Assembly (NCBI GenBank): GCA_046331425.1
Contig: JAXLQU010000007.1
Location: 55,437 to 119,436, forward strand
From: Acidobacteriota bacterium
GTDB taxonomy: Bacteria; Acidobacteriota; Polarisedimenticolia; J045
Reading direction: 5' to 3'
DNA: 64,000 nucleotides
The translations under genes and the position numbers were made by a program. Shown here one piece after another: positions 37,866 to 46,380 of this stretch; within the stretch, counting starts at the first letter, position 1; each line of letters begins with the position of its first letter. A model generated the notes under the pieces. It made no database searches, was not told the origin of the DNA, and saw only the letters and a list, made by a program, of their open reading frames with translations.

Positions 37866-38116
37866 TCTTCAAGCGGCGACGCCGGAGCAAAGGATCGGGC
37901 CCTGCCGGGCTGGGGGAAGGGTTCGTTCAGGTCGGAAGCACAGCCCAACTTCGAGGAAGGCTCGAGGGGCAGGGGCTGGTGCTGATTCACGGCCGCCTCA
38001 CGGGCGAGCTTTCCCTCAGTGGTGAGCTGATCGTTGCGGCCGACGGCGAAACGACGAGCCTCAACGGGGCGGCGGATGCCCTTCGAGTCGAAGGAAGGCC
38101 GAGGGCCGTCTCGTGA
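37862..38116 (+). CDS. possible bactofilin-like small protein (84 aa)
   Basis: GTG overlaps the preceding stop (GTGA). GC3-rich. Product ...GFVQVGSTAQLRGRLEGQGLVLIHGRLTGELSLSGELIVAADGETTSLNG shows the G-x-hydrophobic periodicity of bactofilin (DUF583) beta-helix repeats. Low confidence. Confidence 0.3.
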   Translation: MIFKRRRRSKGSGPAGLGEGFVQVGSTAQLRGRLEGQGLVLIHGRLTGELSLSGELIVAADGETTSLNGAADALRVEGRPRAVS

Positions 38117-38333
38117 TCCACGGGGTAGCGACGGTAGCCGCTGGCGGGATTCTGACAGGTGAGCTCGACGCCCGGAAATTAGACGCTTCCCCCGACGCGA
38201 CTGTCTCGGCAAGCCTCCGCATTGTTCCGTAATGGTCCACGTTGCCCTCTCCCCTTGTCCAATTCCCCTCAAGCGCTGAGGTTATTTGCCGAAAGGAACT
38301 CCGTACGCGACGGGATCAACTGGGGAGAGGTGA

Positions 38334-39698
38334 ATGCAGCCGGCAGCACGCTTGCTTCTTGTGGATGACGATCCGTTTGCGCTGGAAACGTTGTCGGAGG
38401 CCCTGACCCGAACCGGGTACCTGGTGGAGGTTGCCGCAGACGGCCCTTCGGCCCTGAAACGGATGGAAGAATGCCGTTTCGACCTGGTGGTCACCGACAT
38501 TCGCATGGAACCGATGGACGGTTTGACGCTCCTGTCTCGAATCGCGGAGTCGTTTCCCCTCACGCCGTCGCTGGTAGTTACCGGCTTCGCCTCATTGGAA
38601 GGAGCGGTGGAGGCGATGCGCGCCGGGGCGCTCGACTATCTGGCCAAGCCGTTCCACGTCGAAGACCTGACGCATGCGGTGAAGCGCGCGTTGTCCCGCG
38701 GCGCTGGCGGCGGCGTCGACGACACGGTGGCGCGCAGCGTCGGTCCGTTGGGTGAGTTCGAAAGTCTGATCGGTCGCAATCCGAGAATGCAACGCGTCTA
38801 CACCTTGATCCGCACGGTGGCGCCCGCCAACAGCACGGTATTGATCACGGGCGAGTCGGGAACAGGTAAGGAGCGCGTGGCGGCGGCGATTCATCGGCAA
38901 AGCTCACGACGCGGAGGGGCCTTCATTCGAGTCAACTGCTCCGCGTTTGCCGAAGGGGTTTTGGAGAGCGAGTTGTTCGGTCACGAACACGGCGCCTTCA
39001 CCGGCGCCGTCAAAGCGCGCGCCGGTGTCTTCCGCAAAGCCGATGGCGGCACACTGTTTCTGGATGAAATTGGCGACCTGCCGCTGTCGACGCAGGTCAA
39101 GCTGCTGCGTGTGATCCAGGAACGAGAAGTTCAGCCGGTGGGAGGAGACCTGGCACTCCCGGTCGACGTTCGCTTGGTCGCCGCGACCAACCGTGATCTG
39201 GCTTCCGAGGTTCGCGCTGGTCGATTCCGTGAAGATCTTTACTTCCGTCTGAATGTCATTCCCGTCCATCTACCGCCGCTCCGTGAGCGAGCCGACGACA
39301 TCTCGACGCTCGCCGAGCACTTCGTGCAGCGGTTTTCGAAGGAGTGCAGCAAGAACGTGCGCGGCCTGACCGAGCGCGCCGTGTCGTTGATGGAGCGCTA
39401 CACCTGGCCGGGCAATGTGCGCGAGTTGGAGAACGCCATCGAGCGCGCCGTCGTGCTGTGCGCCGAAGGTGTCATCGATATCCAAGATCTCCCGCCGGAG
39501 CTTCGTGGCAGCGGGACCTCCGTCGATGGCTCGTTCCAACTCAACACCGTGAAGCTGGGCGAGGTCGAAGAGATCGTGATTCGGCGCGTCCTGACGAAGA
39601 CCGCCTGGAACATCAAGAAATCGGCGTCGGTATTGGGGATCACGCGCGCAACGCTGTATTCCAAGATCAAGAAATTCGGTTTGGCGGTGGCACGCTGA
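38334..39698 (+). CDS. sigma-54-dependent response regulator (NtrC family: REC + AAA+ + Fis-type HTH)
   Basis: [12 protein letters not shown]...[12 protein letters not shown] is the receiver; [15 protein letters not shown] is Walker A; [15 protein letters not shown] is the GAFTGA sigma-54 contact motif. C-terminal HTH. ATG with GGAGAGG upstream. Confidence 0.9.
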   Translation: MQPAARLLLVDDDPFALETLSEALTRTGYLVEVAADGPSALKRMEECRFDLVVTDIRMEPMDGLTLLSRIAESFPLTPSLVVTGFASLEGAVEAMRAGALDYLAKPFHVEDLTHAVKRALSRGAGGGVDDTVARSVGPLGEFESLIGRNPRMQRVYTLIRTVAPANSTVLITGESGTGKERVAAAIHRQSSRRGGAFIRVNCSAFAEGVLESELFGHEHGAFTGAVKARAGVFRKADGGTLFLDEIGDLPLSTQVKLLRVIQEREVQPVGGDLALPVDVRLVAATNRDLASEVRAGRFREDLYFRLNVIPVHLPPLRERADDISTLAEHFVQRFSKECSKNVRGLTERAVSLMERYTWPGNVRELENAIERAVVLCAEGVIDIQDLPPELRGSGTSVDGSFQLNTVKLGEVEEIVIRRVLTKTAWNIKKSASVLGITRATLYSKIKKFGLAVAR

Positions 39699-39810
39699 AG
39701 GGGAGCCCATCGATCGGTGCGGGGCCGCCCGGCCCTCGCACGGATCGGCTGCCGCTCCAAGTCTGATCTGGATCAAGGCGAGCTTTCATCGAGATTCGTA
39801 TCGTCGCCCT

Positions 39811-41208
39811 ATGCCGCGAACGATCATCGAGCCGTTCCGAATCAAAGTCGTCGAACCGATCCGCATGACCACGCGCGAAGAACGGCGGCGCCTGCTCCAC
39901 GAGGCGGGCTTCAATCCATTCAAGTTGCGGGCCGAGGACTGCCTGATCGATCTACTCACCGACTCTGGAACCGGAGCGATGAGCAGTGAGCAGTGGGCCG
40001 CGATGATGCGAGGCGACGAAAGCTATGCCGGCGCCAAGAGCTGGTTCCGCTTCGAGGCCGCGGTGCGTGATCTATTCGGCAAAGCATTCGTGTTCCCAAC
40101 CCATCAAGGGCGAGCCTCGGAGCGGCTTCTGTTTCAAGCCGCGCTGAGCGCCGGTCAAACGGTTCCCGGCAACACACACTTCGATACCACCCGAGCCAAT
40201 ATCGAGGCTCGAGGCGCGATTGCGCTCGACCTTCCGACGCCGCACGCCGATGACCTGGTCAGCAACTACCCCTTCAAGGGAGATATCGACCTCGCGGCGC
40301 TCGAGCGCGTGCTGCTGGAGTTGGGTTCGGATCGCGTTCCGATGGTGGTTCAAACGCTCACCAACAACAGCGGCGGCGGCCAGCCAGGGAGCCTGGAAAA
40401 CCTGCGCGCGTTGCGGCAACTGTGCCGTCGCTTCGGGATTCCGCTCTACATCGACGCGGCACGATTCGCCGAGAATGCGTGGTTCATCAAGATGCGCGAG
40501 CCGGGTCAGGCGGCGCGGACCCCCAAGCAGATCGCGCAAGAGATGTTCTCGCTGTGTGACGGCGCGATGATGAGCATGAAGAAGGATGCGTTCGGCAATA
40601 TCGGCGGTCTGTTGACCTTCGACGATGAACGGCTCGTGGAACTGGTGCGAGCCCGACTGATACTGACCGAAGGGTATGTCACCTACGGTGGCCTGGCGGG
40701 GCGCGACTTGGAAGCGCTCGCCGTCGGTCTCACAGAGATCCTGGATGAGGACTATCTCAACTACCGCTTCGCGTCGGTCCGCTATCTGGAGCAGCGGCTG
40801 ATCGAAGCCCACGTCCCGGTGCTCGAGCCGGTCGGCGGCCACGCGGTCTATCTCGATGCGCGGCGCTTCTGTGCGCACCTGCGTGACGAGGACCTGCCAG
40901 GCTGGGCGCTTTCCGTGGCGCTGTACGAGTGGGCGGGAATTCGCAGTTGCGAGATTGGGCACGTGATGTTTGGCAAGCGTGATGCCGTGAGTGGCCAGAT
41001 GGTCTGGCCCGAGAAAGATCTTGTTCGGCTGGCGATTCCGCGTCGTGTCTACACACAGAGCCACATCGACTACGTAGCGGAAGGGGTGATCGAGTTGTTC
41101 GAGCGGCGCCATGAGATCGAAGGGTTGCGCTTTTCGTACCGACCGGAGGTTCTCCCGCACTTCACCGCCACGTTCGCGCCGGCGGCGTCGCGAGCTGGAC
41201 ATCGCTAA
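39811..41208 (+). CDS. tryptophanase / tyrosine phenol-lyase family beta-eliminating lyase
   Basis: (M)PRTIIEPFRIKVVEP N-term and the SMKKDAFGNIGGLL PLP-lysine region are characteristic of TnaA/Tpl. 465 aa. Confidence 0.85.
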   Translation: MPRTIIEPFRIKVVEPIRMTTREERRRLLHEAGFNPFKLRAEDCLIDLLTDSGTGAMSSEQWAAMMRGDESYAGAKSWFRFEAAVRDLFGKAFVFPTHQGRASERLLFQAALSAGQTVPGNTHFDTTRANIEARGAIALDLPTPHADDLVSNYPFKGDIDLAALERVLLELGSDRVPMVVQTLTNNSGGGQPGSLENLRALRQLCRRFGIPLYIDAARFAENAWFIKMREPGQAARTPKQIAQEMFSLCDGAMMSMKKDAFGNIGGLLTFDDERLVELVRARLILTEGYVTYGGLAGRDLEALAVGLTEILDEDYLNYRFASVRYLEQRLIEAHVPVLEPVGGHAVYLDARRFCAHLRDEDLPGWALSVALYEWAGIRSCEIGHVMFGKRDAVSGQMVWPEKDLVRLAIPRRVYTQSHIDYVAEGVIELFERRHEIEGLRFSYRPEVLPHFTATFAPAASRAGHR

Positions 41209-41241
41209 CAGTCACGCGGGACATCAACGTACAATGCGCGC

Positions 41242-41955
41242 GTGACTCGACTCTCGGTCAACGTCAACAAGGTCGCTCTGCTACGCAATGCACGAGGCCA
41301 AGGTCGGCCTGACCTGTTGCAGGTTGCCTTGGATTGCGTGCGCTTCGGCGCTCAGGGAATCACGGTCCATCCGCGCCCGGATCAGCGACACATTCGCATT
41401 GCCGACTGCGAGCTGTTGGCGCCGAGGGTTGGGGTCGAGTTCAACGTCGAAGGGTTTCCATCACGCGAGTACCTGGACTTGGTCGCTCGCCTCAGGCCGG
41501 CGCAAGCGACGCTCGTGCCGGATCCACCGGAGGCGCTGACCTCCAACGCCGGCTGGGACACGGTGGCCCATCGCTCCTTCTTGCGCGACATCTGCCAAGA
41601 GATCCAATCGGTCGGTACACGAGTCTCACTGTTCATCGAATGCGATCGCGCGCGAATCGAAACGGCCAAGCTGGCCGGGGCCGATCGGGTCGAGTTGTAC
41701 ACCGGGCCTTACGCGCACGACTACGGGCGCGATCGCGAGCAGGCGGTGCATCCGTATCGACAGGCAGCTGAGTGGGCTCACGCGGCAGGGCTAGGATTGA
41801 ACGCCGGCCACGATCTGGATCTGGACAATCTGAGTTGGTTCAAGCAACAGGTACCGCATCTCGAAGAGGTCTCGATTGGGCACGCGCTGTGGAGCGATGC
41901 GCTCTACCTCGGCTTGCAGACGACGATTGGCGAGTATCTGTCGAGGCTCCAATAG
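41242..41955 (+). CDS. pdxJ: pyridoxine 5'-phosphate synthase
   Basis: (M)TRLSVNVNKVALLRNARGQG N-term and NAGHDLDLDNL are PdxJ signatures. GTG start. Confidence 0.9.
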   Translation: MTRLSVNVNKVALLRNARGQGRPDLLQVALDCVRFGAQGITVHPRPDQRHIRIADCELLAPRVGVEFNVEGFPSREYLDLVARLRPAQATLVPDPPEALTSNAGWDTVAHRSFLRDICQEIQSVGTRVSLFIECDRARIETAKLAGADRVELYTGPYAHDYGRDREQAVHPYRQAAEWAHAAGLGLNAGHDLDLDNLSWFKQQVPHLEEVSIGHALWSDALYLGLQTTIGEYLSRLQ

Positions 41956-41985
41956 GCGCGCTGGGGAGCTGATCCCATCGCGGAC

Positions 41986-43521
41986 TCACCACGGACCCTC
42001 GATCCCCGCCGCGACCGGTACCACGCTATAGACCTGCAGCGCCCCGAACAGTGTGCCTGCCGGGTCGGTGAATGTGTTGGTGCTGACTTCCGCCAACAGC
42101 GTCCAAGAGGCGTGCGGCAAGTTGGGAGAACCCGCGGCGTAGATCCGATAGCTGGTCGCAGCCGCCTGCGTTTCCCAACTCAACACGGCGTCGTTGCCGT
42201 TGCGGCCGACCCTCAGGGCGCGGACGGCAACCAAGCCCCGGTCCTGCCGGTAGGCGTCGGCGTCGAGCGGCGTATCCGCCAGTTGTCGGTATAGATCGCC
42301 CCATGAGGCATCCCCCTCCGCGCGGCACAACGGGTACATTCGGATCCGCAACACGATCGCGTTGATCTGTGAATCGCGCAGGCCGACCACACGCAGCCCG
42401 TGGTCACCGATTGCTCTGTCGTCCTCGTCGCCGTACTCCGGGTTGAGCGGGACCTGATCGTTGTATGACGCATCATCGCGATAGTAAAACTGCTTGTCCT
42501 GATACAACACCGAGTCAGGGACGTCGAACAAACTCAGGAGCCCTCCACGCGGGCCGCGCATCACGGTCCAATCCGCCCAACTCGAACTCACGCCCGCATC
42601 GTTCAGCCCATCGACCTTCAAACCGGATCGTTTGGTGGGAGTGAAAAGCGTCAAGCTCGAATCCAGTCGCCAATCGGCGTAAAACCAGATCTCTTGCAGC
42701 GGATGAACACGCAGATTCACGGTTCGAGAAACGAATGTGTCGTAGACCAGATCGTAGTAGATGGTGTTGACACCGCTGGTCGCTCCGCGCACGTAACGAA
42801 TGGCGCGTACCGGCCCAACCTTCGCGCCGAGAAAGGTCGAGTTGGCGCTCCAGTTCTCCTCGTCCTCCGTCAGCGTCCCTACCGTGCGTGCGCGCCCCTT
42901 GAGGCGATCGATCAGGTCCACGCCATCTCCACACGGCGGCAGCACCGCGATACCTGTGAGTAGCCAATTGCCGGTGTAGTCGAGTCGAAAACGGCTCGAT
43001 GTAATCGAGGCATCGGCAAGCCCATTCCAATCGACATAACGCACGTTCGATAGCGGCAGCGCCGTGCCCTCGTAAAGGTAGACCCAGCGGGGTGGGCTGT
43101 TGACGCCGGGGCGCGGATCGAGAACTTCGATCTCCCAACGATCAGCCCCCGCGCCCGTCGGCCACGGTGCCTGCGCGGGCGCCCTTTGCGTTCCGCCATC
43201 ACGAAACATGAAGACGAGTTGATCGTCGTCGTCGAGGATTCCGTCCTCTTCGCCCAACACGTCGTACATCCCGACCTCGGTGAACTCGAACTCGGTGCCA
43301 ACGTTGAAGACTCGATCGAGTCGCTCGTCGAACTGAAACGGTATGGGAACGAAGCCGCTCGAGCTGGGGTCATAGCGAAACAAAGCCACCGCAGGGATAG
43401 CGGTTCCGGAGAGGTCTACCAACCGCGCGACATCGAGGGTGACCGGCTCGTCATCCCGACCGCTTCCATAGGTCGTGCTCATAGAAACAAGCAATACCAA
43501 GGCGAGAACAGCGCATCTCAT
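41986..43521 (-). CDS. secreted hypothetical protein
   Basis: 511 aa, ATG start. Signal peptide MRCAVLALVLLVSMSTTYGSG. No motif recognised. Confidence 0.6.
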   Translation of the reverse strand: MRCAVLALVLLVSMSTTYGSGRDDEPVTLDVARLVDLSGTAIPAVALFRYDPSSSGFVPIPFQFDERLDRVFNVGTEFEFTEVGMYDVLGEEDGILDDDDQLVFMFRDGGTQRAPAQAPWPTGAGADRWEIEVLDPRPGVNSPPRWVYLYEGTALPLSNVRYVDWNGLADASITSSRFRLDYTGNWLLTGIAVLPPCGDGVDLIDRLKGRARTVGTLTEDEENWSANSTFLGAKVGPVRAIRYVRGATSGVNTIYYDLVYDTFVSRTVNLRVHPLQEIWFYADWRLDSSLTLFTPTKRSGLKVDGLNDAGVSSSWADWTVMRGPRGGLLSLFDVPDSVLYQDKQFYYRDDASYNDQVPLNPEYGDEDDRAIGDHGLRVVGLRDSQINAIVLRIRMYPLCRAEGDASWGDLYRQLADTPLDADAYRQDRGLVAVRALRVGRNGNDAVLSWETQAAATSYRIYAAGSPNLPHASWTLLAEVSTNTFTDPAGTLFGALQVYSVVPVAAGIEGPW

Positions 43522-43692
43522 GCGTACGTTCTACGCCCGTTCACGCTCCGCCTTCGGTAAACGTTGAAAATTGTTCGAAGCATCGCTCCGCGCACCGGAC
43601 TGCCCTTGCAGACAACGGCGCGGCGGGTTACCGTCTGCGTCCTTCAACCGTCAATCGCGTCCGGTTTATTTGTAGCGGCGCGCATGTCTCGA

Positions 43693-43768
43693 GCGGGCGT
43701 AGCTCAGTTGGCAGAGCATCAGCTTCCCAAGCTGAGGGTCGCGGGTTCGACCCCCGTCGCCCGCTCCA
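43693..43768 (+). tRNA. tRNA-Gly (anticodon CCC), CCA encoded
   Basis: The 76-nt sequence GCGGGCGTAGCTCAGTTGGCAGAGCATCAGCTTCCCAAGCTGAGGGTCGCGGGTTCGACCCCCGTCGCCCGCTCCA folds as a cloverleaf. Acceptor stem is GCGGGCG/CGCCCGC; anticodon stem TCAGC/GCTGA; loop TTCCCAA gives anticodon CCC with U33 and A37; T-loop TTCGACC; discriminator U73. Confidence 0.85.
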
Positions 43769-43961
43769 CTGTCGTCGGGACGAGACGTTGACAAGATCGC
43801 TGCTGTTCGTGAGCGTTCCAGCGAACCTTCTCGATTGTTCCCCCCATGGCCTGGTGGTAGATTTCGCCCGGCGTTCGGGTCATTTGCACGATGCGTTGGC
43901 TCGCGAGTCGAGCCGGCCACGAAGCGGTGCCGAGCAGACCGTCGACGCCCGGAAGGAGCTG

Positions 43962-44663
43962 ATGCATCGCGTACTGCTCGTCGACGATGCCCGTTTGCTC
44001 GCCGAGTTGGAAGGGACTGCGCTCGCTCGGCGTAGCCTGGTGCGTCGCATCGTCTCGCGCGACGCCGACCTGTTGGCCGAGGCCTTGGCGTTGCGACCGG
44101 AGTTGATCGTGCTCGAAGAGGGGGAGTTTTGCCCCGATGCTCTCGATGCGGCTCGCCGGCTCGCCAGTCATCCGGTAACCCGTTCGATCCCGGTTTTATA
44201 TATCGGCAGTCCGCTCCATCGCGAGCGGGCGGTCGACTTGGGTGTGCGTGCCTTCGCGGCGCGGCCGGTCACGCGACGGGCACTGCGCGAGGCTCTCGAT
44301 TCCTCCGGGTTGATCGTCGATCGCAGCAGTGTGAGGCGCGTCGTCGACATGCCGGCGCGGTTGCGGTTCGACGACGGCGAGATGGTGTCGGGACGTTGTA
44401 TCGATTTGTGTTTGGGCGGGGCGTTGTTGGAATTCGATCTTGACTTGGAGTTGGGAAGCTCAGGGAGCCTATTCATCGATACGATGCCCACCCAGATCCA
44501 GCTGCGTGCAACATTGATTCGCGGCGGCAGCGGTTACGGAACACGGTTCGATCCGCTGCCGTTGTCGGACGCTGTGCATTTCTCACGGTTCGTGCGTCGG
44601 GCCGGTGAGCGGCGACATGCAAGGCAAGTAGAAGCGGCGCCTGCGGGTGGAGATCGACCATGA
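43962..44663 (+). CDS. degenerate receiver + PilZ domain protein
   Basis: ATG 43962 has GGAAGGAG upstream. The maximal ORF (43788) would overlap the tRNA. The receiver-like N-half has LIVLEEGEF where the phospho-Asp motif would be (degenerate). The C-half RRVVDMPARLRFDDGEMVSGRCIDLCLGGALLE is PilZ-like (RxxxR ... D.S.GG). Confidence 0.7.
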   Translation: MHRVLLVDDARLLAELEGTALARRSLVRRIVSRDADLLAEALALRPELIVLEEGEFCPDALDAARRLASHPVTRSIPVLYIGSPLHRERAVDLGVRAFAARPVTRRALREALDSSGLIVDRSSVRRVVDMPARLRFDDGEMVSGRCIDLCLGGALLEFDLDLELGSSGSLFIDTMPTQIQLRATLIRGGSGYGTRFDPLPLSDAVHFSRFVRRAGERRHARQVEAAPAGGDRP

Positions 44664-45046
44664 GCCCCGCCGTGCTGCTGGTCGACGACGACCGAGAGAT
44701 CCTCGAAATGACCGAGCTGTTGTTGCGAGCCTCGGGTTACACGGTTCGCTTGGCAGGCTCCGGCGAAGAGGCGCTGTTTCAGGTTCAGGAGCTAGCCCCC
44801 GATTTGATCCTCTTGGACATCAACATGCCGGGATTGGACGGCTGGGAGACGCTGCGCGTCCTGAAAGAGGACGAGGCGACGTCCAGCATTCCTGTCGTGA
44901 TGTTTTCGGTCAACTTCGAGGTCCGTGAAAAGTTGCGTGCGCTGCAGCAAGGGGCTCGCGACTACGTCACCAAGCCATTCGACACAGAAGGGCTGCTGCG
45001 TCGTGTGGCGGAAATTGCCGGCGCCCCCGCGAGCCCCTCGGCATGA
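44660..45046 (+). CDS. single-domain response regulator (CheY-like)
   Basis: VLLVDDDREILEMT...DLILLDINMPGLDG...DYVTKPF is a canonical receiver. ATGA overlap with the upstream gene. Confidence 0.85.
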   Translation: MSPAVLLVDDDREILEMTELLLRASGYTVRLAGSGEEALFQVQELAPDLILLDINMPGLDGWETLRVLKEDEATSSIPVVMFSVNFEVREKLRALQQGARDYVTKPFDTEGLLRRVAEIAGAPASPSA

Positions 45047-46380
45047 CACAAAGACCTCACGACGAGTTTCACCGCATGCGAACGGCGTATCTGCGGCTGC
45101 GCGCCGCGATGCGCGACCCCGTCACAGGCCTGTTCCATTACGCGCTGGCCTTCGACGAGGTGCGCGCGCTGTTGACCGATCGCAGTCGCATCGGCGTGCT
45201 CTGGATCTCACTCGGTGAACGACGCCTGATCGAAACTGTGTACGGTTGGGAGGCCTACGACCGGGTGCTCAGACATGTCAGCGAGACGTTGAGCGAGGCC
45301 AAAGGGAACGCGATACCGGCCACCAGCCTGATTGCGAGCGCCGGAATCCACGCCGATGCCTTTTGCGTCTTCATCGATGCCGACTTGGATGGCGTGGAGC
45401 TGACCGCATCGTCGATTGCGGATCTCGGCCGTGGGCTCGAAGCCTCGATCGATCGACGACTGGCTGCGCTCGGTGAGGCACCGATGCCGGGTACCGGACG
45501 CGCGCGCATCGGCACCGCCTTGTTGACCGACAATCCGTTCCATCGCTTCGAGCGGTTGCTCTACGCCGCGCTGGAGGAGGCTCGCTCGCTGGCCGATCGA
45601 CCACGCGACTCCGAGCGCTTGGCTTGGATGGCAGAGCTTCAGCGCGTGCTTCGCGATCGTGACGTCCACGCGGTGTTCCAACCGGTGATCGATCTGGAGG
45701 ACGGGACCGAGGTCGGTCTCGAGGCGTTCACTCGCGGGCCCGAGGTTTCGGTGTTTCGCCTGCCGCGCGTGATGTTCTCGGTGGGGCGTGAGGCGGGACT
45801 TGCGACAGAACTCGATCGACTCTGCCGGCGCAGCGCATTCGATGCGTTGGCCGGAGCTGCGGCGCCGTCGTTGCTTTTCATCAACACCGCTGCCGATAGC
45901 TTGGTCGACCCCGACTGGTGGGCCCCCGACACGCTGGCGGCGATGCACCGCGCCAACTTGGATCCGTCGCGGATCGTGCTCGAGGTCAACGAAGGGGCCG
46001 TCGCCGACAACCCTGAGGCGTATCGCGACGCCATGGGTTGGCTGCGCGGTGTCGGGTATCGATTGTCGCTGGACGATGTCGGCTCCAGTCCGCACACGTC
46101 ACTGATCGTGGAGAAGTTGCAGCCCGAGTTCTTGAAGTTCGATCTCACCTTGGTGCGTGGAATCGAGGGCGATCAGTTGCGTCGCGAACTGGTCCGCTCG
46201 TTGGTGCTGCTGGCGAAGCGAGCCGGATCGACGTTGATCGCCGAGCGTGTCGAGAGCGAAATCGAACGCCAGACATTGATCGAGTGTGGGGCACGCTGGG
46301 GGCAAGGGTATCTGTTTGCGACCGAAACGAGACGCCGGGTCGTGTCTGGCACCGCGCCCGCACCGCGAGCCGACGGATGA
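45043..46380 (+). CDS. GGDEF-like/EAL domain protein (c-di-GMP phosphodiesterase-type; both domains partly degenerate)
   Basis: The C-half VFQPVIDLEDGTEVGLEAFTRGP...LDDVGSS...ERVESEIERQTLIECGARWGQGYLF has the EAL-domain layout (EAF instead of EAL). The N-half resembles a GGDEF fold without the motif. ATGA overlaps on both sides. Confidence 0.75.
   Translation: MTQRPHDEFHRMRTAYLRLRAAMRDPVTGLFHYALAFDEVRALLTDRSRIGVLWISLGERRLIETVYGWEAYDRVLRHVSETLSEAKGNAIPATSLIASAGIHADAFCVFIDADLDGVELTASSIADLGRGLEASIDRRLAALGEAPMPGTGRARIGTALLTDNPFHRFERLLYAALEEARSLADRPRDSERLAWMAELQRVLRDRDVHAVFQPVIDLEDGTEVGLEAFTRGPEVSVFRLPRVMFSVGREAGLATELDRLCRRSAFDALAGAAAPSLLFINTAADSLVDPDWWAPDTLAAMHRANLDPSRIVLEVNEGAVADNPEAYRDAMGWLRGVGYRLSLDDVGSSPHTSLIVEKLQPEFLKFDLTLVRGIEGDQLRRELVRSLVLLAKRAGSTLIAERVESEIERQTLIECGARWGQGYLFATETRRRVVSGTAPAPRADG

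Noticed and set aside
39769-39785. Sigma-54 -24/-12 promoter call upstream of the tryptophanase-family gene
   Set aside because: Only TGG and GC at correct spacing; 4/6 and 2/4 matches to TGGCAC/TTGC. Too weak to call a feature.
43769-43961. Genomic island or integrase at the tRNA-Gly 3' flank
   Set aside because: No integrase or transposase ORF, no repeat of the tRNA 3' end, and no GC shift in the 5 kb downstream. Downstream genes are ordinary signalling proteins.
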